Virus record (IMG/VR): IMGVR_UViG_3300031519_000002
Length of the DNA: 64,000 nucleotides
Reading direction: 5' to 3' (one strand)
Origin: a virus
The notes beneath the pieces are model-generated. The model saw only the letters and a list, made by a program, of their open reading frames with translations, did not search any database and was not told the origin of the DNA. Shown here in pieces: positions 58,326-64,000 of this stretch. How positions within the stretch are numbered: the first letter of the stretch is position 1; each line of letters starts with the position of its first letter. The translations under genes were made by a program, and so were the position numbers.

Positions 58326-59400
58326 TGGGTGGGATCGCGAGTACCAAGAAAACAAACAAGACTACTTGGATGTGTTTGACCGTTTTATGAGTCAAATGAA
58401 TTACGAAAACAATGAAGACTTTGAACGTAGCTTTGCTGAACGTGTAGGACGTAAACATTGTGTTAGTGTAGCAAGTGCCACAGACGCACTACATTTTACA
58501 TTGTTAGCACACGGCATAGGCAAGGGTGACGAAGTATTAGTAACTGACTTTAGTTGGATTAGTAGTAGTGCATGCGCAAGTATGGTAGGTGCTACTCCTG
58601 TATTTTGTGATATTGATTTAGATTCATATCACATTAGCTTAGATAGCATCAAACGTATGTACAGTGATAAAGTTAAAGCAATTATATATCCGCACTTGTT
58701 TGGCAACATGACTGACACTACTGAAATACAACAGTTCTGCAAAGATAACGATATACTGTTTATTGAAGATGCCGCCCAAAGTTTGGGCAGTAGCTTACAC
58801 AATGTACGTGCAGGCACTATTGGTGATTGCAGTGTATACAGTTTTAACAGCAACAAGGTCATCGCTGGCATTAACGGCGGTGGAGTTGTACTAACTGACA
58901 ACGAAGACATTGCTAAACGTGTTAAGATGATTAGGCGTCATGGCAAAGATAAAGACTTTAGTATGATGGGTTACAATAGCCGCATGTATGTTCTCAACGC
59001 AGAGATTATTAATCTACGCTTGCGACATGCAGAACGCAATCAAGAACGTAGACAACAAATTGCACACAAATACAACACAGCATTTGCAGACTTACCTGTA
59101 GTAACACAAGGAATGTCTAATGGACTTAATCACAACTATCACAAATACGTTGTACGTTTTGAAGATAAAGACACTAGAAAGCGTGTAAAGAATGCCGTAA
59201 ATGCTAGTGTACACTACGAAACACCGTTAAGTGCAAATAGTATGTATGCCAACTTAGAGTGTAGGAGTGACGCTTGTACAGCGTCTAAGACAGCATCAGA
59301 CACAGTGTTATCACTACCAATACACGCTTGGCTAACTGATGCTGAGATAAGTACTATTATAACTACAGTAGAGGAATCTTTTAATGCAGTTTCAAAATAA
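58312..59400 (+). CDS. DegT/DnrJ/EryC1/StrS PLP-dependent sugar aminotransferase
   Basis: SATDALH, GDEVLV, GATPVFCDID, IEDAAQSLG and SFNSNK (PLP lysine), GYNSRM. Confidence 0.92.
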   Translation: MPAYDGWDREYQENKQDYLDVFDRFMSQMNYENNEDFERSFAERVGRKHCVSVASATDALHFTLLAHGIGKGDEVLVTDFSWISSSACASMVGATPVFCDIDLDSYHISLDSIKRMYSDKVKAIIYPHLFGNMTDTTEIQQFCKDNDILFIEDAAQSLGSSLHNVRAGTIGDCSVYSFNSNKVIAGINGGGVVLTDNEDIAKRVKMIRRHGKDKDFSMMGYNSRMYVLNAEIINLRLRHAERNQERRQQIAHKYNTAFADLPVVTQGMSNGLNHNYHKYVVRFEDKDTRKRVKNAVNASVHYETPLSANSMYANLECRSDACTASKTASDTVLSLPIHAWLTDAEISTIITTVEESFNAVSK

Positions 59401-60064
59401 GTATGGTACTATTAATGTTCTACCAAATCCTAAGCAGTTTAGAAACAAAACTTTAGGGTTATCTATGTCGGGCGGCGCTGATAGCACAATATTGTGCATA
59501 CTATTAGCAAAAACTATCGAAAGTAAAGGACTAAACATTACTATACAACCGTTCTCAGGATATGATTTATGGGCACCTTTAGATACTGCCGGACTACCGA
59601 ATATTATAACATTTATAAAAAGCCAGTTTCCTAATGTAAAAATAAATTGGCCGGTATCGGTAGTGTTTGATACACAAGGCAGTCCTGACGGCAAAAACAC
59701 ATATATTGGGCAACTTAAAAAAAATATGGTGGATACGGGTTTTATTAATGATTTACTAGTTGCTATTTCAAGAGGCCCGGAATTAGAAACCCAATTAACA
59801 TTTAATGTGAGAAATACAGAGCACCCTATAAAAAGAATACCTGGATACAATATTTGGAATGAAGTAGAAGAGGCTATTCCAAACCTTGCTCCGTTTAAAG
59901 AAGTAGACAAGAGATTTATTGTACAATGTTATAAAGACTTTGGATATGAATCTTTATTAAAGCAAACCAATTCTTGCACAGACCCTGCAGGAAACTGCGG
60001 AGAGTGTTGGTGGTGTCAAGAACGAACATGGGCAATAAACACTGTGTTTGGGGACACACAATGA
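59384..60064 (+). CDS. QueC-like PP-loop ATPase
   Basis: SMSGGADS PP-loop, PFKEVDK, and C-terminal SC...CGECWWCQER metal site. Confidence 0.75.
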   Translation: MQFQNKYGTINVLPNPKQFRNKTLGLSMSGGADSTILCILLAKTIESKGLNITIQPFSGYDLWAPLDTAGLPNIITFIKSQFPNVKINWPVSVVFDTQGSPDGKNTYIGQLKKNMVDTGFINDLLVAISRGPELETQLTFNVRNTEHPIKRIPGYNIWNEVEEAIPNLAPFKEVDKRFIVQCYKDFGYESLLKQTNSCTDPAGNCGECWWCQERTWAINTVFGDTQ

Positions 60065-60672
60065 GTTTAGAATTTTTTAACAGAAAACATAAAATGTTGA
60101 ATGTGGATATAACTCACAGGTGTCCTCTTGAATGTTTGCGGTGTGGTAGACAAACTTCTTTTAGAAATCAAGGACTGGCAGTACCAGGTCATGATTTATC
60201 ATTAGATGACTTTGAAAAAATAACAAATCATTTTCCGGAGGTTTCTTTTTGTGGACAATATTCTGATCCTATTCACCATCCACAGTTTTTAGACATCCTG
60301 GCAATATGTAAAAAGAAAAACATACAAACAGAAGTACACGTAGCATCATCATTTAAACCAAAGAAATTTTTTATTGATGCGTTTAAAACGTATCCAGAAG
60401 CAAGGTGGGTGTTTGGCATAGACGGGCTTCCTGAAGAAAGTCATAATTATCGTGTTAATCAAGATGGGGTAAAGTTATTTGAGATAATGCTAGAATCAAA
60501 AAAGCATTTAAAAAATAAACCAAATTGGCAATATATTATTTTTAAATACAACGAGAATAGTATCGATAACGCTAAGTTACTAGCTAAAGAACATAATTTA
60601 AATTTCATGATTATAAATTCTGCAAGATGGATTGATAAGGATGATTATTTAAGACCTAGTATAAAAGGATAA
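60061..60672 (+). CDS. radical SAM protein (core only)
   Basis: CPLECLRC, FCGQYSDP, FGIDG and WQYIIFKYNE; start ATG 60061 by ATGA overlap. Confidence 0.85.
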   Translation: MSLEFFNRKHKMLNVDITHRCPLECLRCGRQTSFRNQGLAVPGHDLSLDDFEKITNHFPEVSFCGQYSDPIHHPQFLDILAICKKKNIQTEVHVASSFKPKKFFIDAFKTYPEARWVFGIDGLPEESHNYRVNQDGVKLFEIMLESKKHLKNKPNWQYIIFKYNENSIDNAKLLAKEHNLNFMIINSARWIDKDDYLRPSIKG

Positions 60673-60675
60673 CAA

Positions 60676-61041
60676 ATGTCAAAAAAAAGTTTAAGAAAAC
60701 AACGTAATCAGCTAGACCCGCAGTGCTTTAATGGTAAGATGTCATTTGCTGTTACTAACCGAGGCCACTTAATTCCGTGTTGTAGATGTGACGACCCGCG
60801 TACAACGGAAGATGCTAAGTTTCAACAATTACTAGCAGTAAGCAAAATAAGTGACCACAACACAATAGATGATATTTTAAAAACATCCGAATGGCAACAT
60901 TTTTATTTAAACTTAACCAAACACAAAGGGCCGCCTGCATGTTACCATACATGTAGTAAGAACAAACCTGAAGATGACATACAAGAAGTAAAGTTAATAG
61001 ACTTAGACACAGGAAAAGACCAATGGAACCAGAAAAGATGA
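60676..61041 (+). CDS. stand-alone SPASM/twitch-like Fe-S protein
   Basis: C...GHLIPCC...CYHTC pattern directly after a radical SAM core. Confidence 0.65.
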   Translation: MSKKSLRKQRNQLDPQCFNGKMSFAVTNRGHLIPCCRCDDPRTTEDAKFQQLLAVSKISDHNTIDDILKTSEWQHFYLNLTKHKGPPACYHTCSKNKPEDDIQEVKLIDLDTGKDQWNQKR

Positions 61042-61760
61042 CTCAGTCGGTTTTTGATAATTTAAACAAACGCCAACATGTGTACGAATATCGAAGCGAT
61101 TGTATACCCGAGCACGAAGTAGTAGATGAAATACTACGCAATGCGTGGCAAGTTACTCCTTCTAAACAAAACATAATGCCCTATCAAATAAATGTACTAG
61201 GCCCAGGCGATTTACGCAAGCGAAGCATCTATCGTAAGGTCGTGGGCAACCATCAAATGATGGAAGAAGCAGGTGTTGATGAAGGAGCTATTGCAGAAGT
61301 AAGTGGAGAAATTAATCCACATTATAGGCATGTATTACACAATCCGTATCTTCTAGTTTTTAGTCAACGGGTCGTGCCGATGCGCGAAGTGAATACATTC
61401 TATAAAAGGAAAATAGCTCAAGGACATTTTATGGAACAATGTTCACTTGATTGGGTACCTCAAATTAAGGCATTAACTGCTATTGAAGTAGGATTGTTTG
61501 CTCAAAATATAGCGGCATTATGTTTAGAGAAAGACATTAACTATTCCTTTACTGGTTGCTTTCCTGGTAAAAAAGAAAAATGGAAAGACATCTCCTTCAT
61601 AAAAGAAGAACCGTTATTGTTAATGAGCTTAGGATATAAGAAAACCTTCAGGCGAGAGTATATGTTAGCAGAAAGAAAAAGGGTGTTTCCGGACCCAAAG
61701 GACTGGCACACTAACGACGATTATAAAGCTCACTTTGAAAACGTAGTACACTATGAATAA
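61038..61760 (+). CDS. nitroreductase-like flavoprotein
   Basis: KRQHVYEY, AWQVTPSKQNIMPY, EVGLFAQN and LMSLGY match the nitroreductase pattern; start by ATGA overlap (alternative 61023). Confidence 0.65.
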   Translation: MTQSVFDNLNKRQHVYEYRSDCIPEHEVVDEILRNAWQVTPSKQNIMPYQINVLGPGDLRKRSIYRKVVGNHQMMEEAGVDEGAIAEVSGEINPHYRHVLHNPYLLVFSQRVVPMREVNTFYKRKIAQGHFMEQCSLDWVPQIKALTAIEVGLFAQNIAALCLEKDINYSFTGCFPGKKEKWKDISFIKEEPLLLMSLGYKKTFRREYMLAERKRVFPDPKDWHTNDDYKAHFENVVHYE

Positions 61761-61783
61761 TAAAAATATAAAGGTAACTATAA

Positions 61784-62647
61784 ATGGCAATTAAAACATT
61801 AGAAGATCTAAAAGGTAGCGATTATAGAACTGTAGACTTTTATATGACAAAAAGTTGTAATAAGAGTTGTCACTACTGTACAGCCTGGACGCTTGAAATG
61901 CGTAACTTAGATGTTGACATGGATTTTGTAAGAACTATCTTGGAAGGTCTTGCTCCGTATAAGACACGGATTTGTTTACTAGGCGGAGAGCCTGCTCTTA
62001 TTAAGAACCTAAGAGAAGTAATTGCTGAGATCAAAAAGCATCCTAACTTAGTTGTACAAGTATTATCCAACTCATTGATACGTAAATTTTATCCTGAAGT
62101 TCTAGAAGATCCAGAAATTATTTACATTGAACATTTAGTATTAGACTTTTATGGTGACCGTATTGAAAAGCTGGGCAACTATGATTTCTTTGAACCCAAC
62201 GATATGAATAATTATAATTTAGTTATTGAAACACCTGGATACTTTGACTATAGAGACAAGCACGACCTAACGCATATAATGCACAAAAATACAGAATTCA
62301 AAGAATACAACTCTCGCTCTCCTGATTTCTTTAGTGATCATACAATAGTACAAGCACCAGAATTAGATAGACGAGTGTGTGCTAAGTTCCCACAAGTGCC
62401 TGTATTTGATTTTGAAATACAAAAGATTCGACACTGTAGTAGAAAAGTTATTAATGGATCAAGACAGTTTGATGTTACTATAGAAAATATAGACAAGATG
62501 ATGAATTACGATTTATTTGAGTTTGAAAAATATTGTAAAGGATGTATGGATATTATTCCTCCAAGACCACTAGGAAGAAGATTAGAAATATTAGAAAAGA
62601 TAGCGTTGGAAAAAACACCACAAACAATACCGTTGGAAGAACTATGA
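61784..62647 (+). CDS. radical SAM protein
   Basis: CNKSCHYC, LLGGEP and C-terminal cysteines (C..HC..CKGC). Confidence 0.88.
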   Translation: MAIKTLEDLKGSDYRTVDFYMTKSCNKSCHYCTAWTLEMRNLDVDMDFVRTILEGLAPYKTRICLLGGEPALIKNLREVIAEIKKHPNLVVQVLSNSLIRKFYPEVLEDPEIIYIEHLVLDFYGDRIEKLGNYDFFEPNDMNNYNLVIETPGYFDYRDKHDLTHIMHKNTEFKEYNSRSPDFFSDHTIVQAPELDRRVCAKFPQVPVFDFEIQKIRHCSRKVINGSRQFDVTIENIDKMMNYDLFEFEKYCKGCMDIIPPRPLGRRLEILEKIALEKTPQTIPLEEL

Positions 62648-64000
62648 GCATTTATTCAGTAGCATTAAACATACATGATCATAATTCATATGACGGGGTA
62701 TTTCACAATCAAATTGAACGCCATAACAGAGTAAAGCATAATTTAAATTATGATAATCCTCATGACCCTACTCGCAGTAAGCAGTTCTTTATGGAACATG
62801 TATTACCTAAGTATAAGGCAAGGAACGAAGAAAATCAATTTGCATTTACTATTTCTAATTTAGGATACGAGTTTGTTAAAGATCTTATTGACGAGCACTT
62901 TGACGATAAAAGTTTTTTAGATTATAGACCTAAGAATATATGGGAACCGCATCATAAAGACAATGTGTATTATATTGATCACCATCAATCACACGCAACG
63001 TATGCGCTATTAAGCAGTGGCTTTCCTGAATCGGATATACTAGCTATTGATGGTAGAGGCTGGAAGTTTAGTTGTATTTTTGTAAACTCTCAAGGAACAA
63101 TTACTGATCTTTCTGGGAAGATACCAATCGGCGGCCTTTGGAATAGACTTGCACAAGACATTGGCTTTAACTATTTAGATGCTGGAAAAGTTATGGGACT
63201 ATCTGGCTACGGAAAATATAATTACCAAGCACACGCTATGATCGATGCATACTTAATTAATCCTGATCATAAGTTACCAAAGTTTGCCCCTGCTGTTCTT
63301 GCAAAGATTTCTAAAGAGGATATTGCATTTACATTACAGTACGTAACAGTTGAGCTAGTAAAAAAATATGTATACCCGTTAAAGTCAAGTGATAACTTGT
63401 GTGTAGCAGGAGGTGTTGCATACAACGGTTATATGAATGAAGAACTTACAAAACATTATACTAACGTACATGTTCCGCCTGCTGTGGGCGATGAAGGACA
63501 GTCATTAGGAACATACATGCATGCCGAGTACTTTATAAACGGAGGAGTGCATATTCCAGATGTATATGCAGGTAAAGAATATAATTACATAGGCGATACT
63601 AAAGTAGACTTAAAAGAAGTTGCACAAGCTATTGCTGATGGTAAAATTGTTGGGTGGTTTCAAGGCAAAAGCGAAAGCGGTAATAGAGCACTAGGCAATC
63701 GTAGCATACTTGCTGACCCACGCAATGCAGATATTAAAAATATCATTAACAGTAAAATTAAACTGCGTGAAGACTTTCGTCCATTTGCTCCTAGTGTACT
63801 AGAAGAACATTACAAAGAATACTTTGATACTAATCAGCCTAGTCCGTACATGAGTCGTATTATGCCAGTTACGTCAGATGCTATTCCGGGCGTAACACAT
63901 GTAGACGGTACAGCACGTATACAGACCGTAACTAGAGAGTTTAATGAACGTTATTATGATTTGATTAACGAGTTTTATAAGATTACAGGTGTTCCTATGT
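62644..64000 (+). CDS. carbamoyltransferase (NodU/CmcH/TobZ family), truncated by window end; not in the ORF track
   Basis: ATG 62644 (ATGA overlap). Translated by hand: HD...ER..R.K, DHHQSHA, IDGRG, GKVMGLSGYG, AGGVAYN, GDEGQSLG, RALGNRSILADP, REDFRPFAPS and HVDGTARIQTV. Confidence 0.92.
   Translation, partial: MSIYSVALNIHDHNSYDGVFHNQIERHNRVKHNLNYDNPHDPTRSKQFFMEHVLPKYKARNEENQFAFTISNLGYEFVKDLIDEHFDDKSFLDYRPKNIWEPHHKDNVYYIDHHQSHATYALLSSGFPESDILAIDGRGWKFSCIFVNSQGTITDLSGKIPIGGLWNRLAQDIGFNYLDAGKVMGLSGYGKYNYQAHAMIDAYLINPDHKLPKFAPAVLAKISKEDIAFTLQYVTVELVKKYVYPLKSSDNLCVAGGVAYNGYMNEELTKHYTNVHVPPAVGDEGQSLGTYMHAEYFINGGVHIPDVYAGKEYNYIGDTKVDLKEVAQAIADGKIVGWFQGKSESGNRALGNRSILADPRNADIKNIINSKIKLREDFRPFAPSVLEEHYKEYFDTNQPSPYMSRIMPVTSDAIPGVTHVDGTARIQTVTREFNERYYDLINEFYKITGVPM

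Noticed and set aside
1-64000. Stop-codon reassignment
   Set aside because: Core genes are full length in the standard code, and TAA, TAG and TGA all serve as stops.

Overview
The window is a gene-dense, AT-rich 64 kb segment of a large T4-superfamily myovirus (tailed dsDNA phage) genome in standard genetic code. 1-11 kb (minus strand) is the head module: gp23 capsid, gp22 scaffold, gp21 protease, an acidic core protein, gp20 portal, plus a tape-measure-like gene. 11-18 kb holds gp26 and a gp51-like reading frame, a basic internal-protein-like gene, a ~640 bp non-coding structured region, a GIY-YIG nuclease, gp46/gp47 and the late sigma factor gp55. 18-52 kb (plus strand) is the baseplate and fibre module, including gp5 with a GH19 domain, a PAAR-M15 fusion, gp25, gp6 and a 5007-aa wedge-like protein. 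52-64 kb is a tightly overlapping enzyme cluster: glycosyltransferases, radical SAM enzymes, a DegT aminotransferase, QueC-like and nitroreductase-like proteins, and a carbamoyltransferase cut by the window end. The most notable observations are: (1) a well-formed -1 ribosomal frameshift signal that would fuse gp26 to a start-less gp51-like frame; (2) a ~410-nt, apparently doubly pseudoknotted RNA directly behind a minimal GIY-YIG gene, followed by DNA-type GNA mini-hairpins (candidate RNP or RNA-primed origin); (3) TAA(A/G)TA late promoters that overlap stop codons and appear to give leaderless mRNAs; (4) a candidate virion glycosylation/modification pathway. All product calls come from motif recognition by eye; no database search was run.
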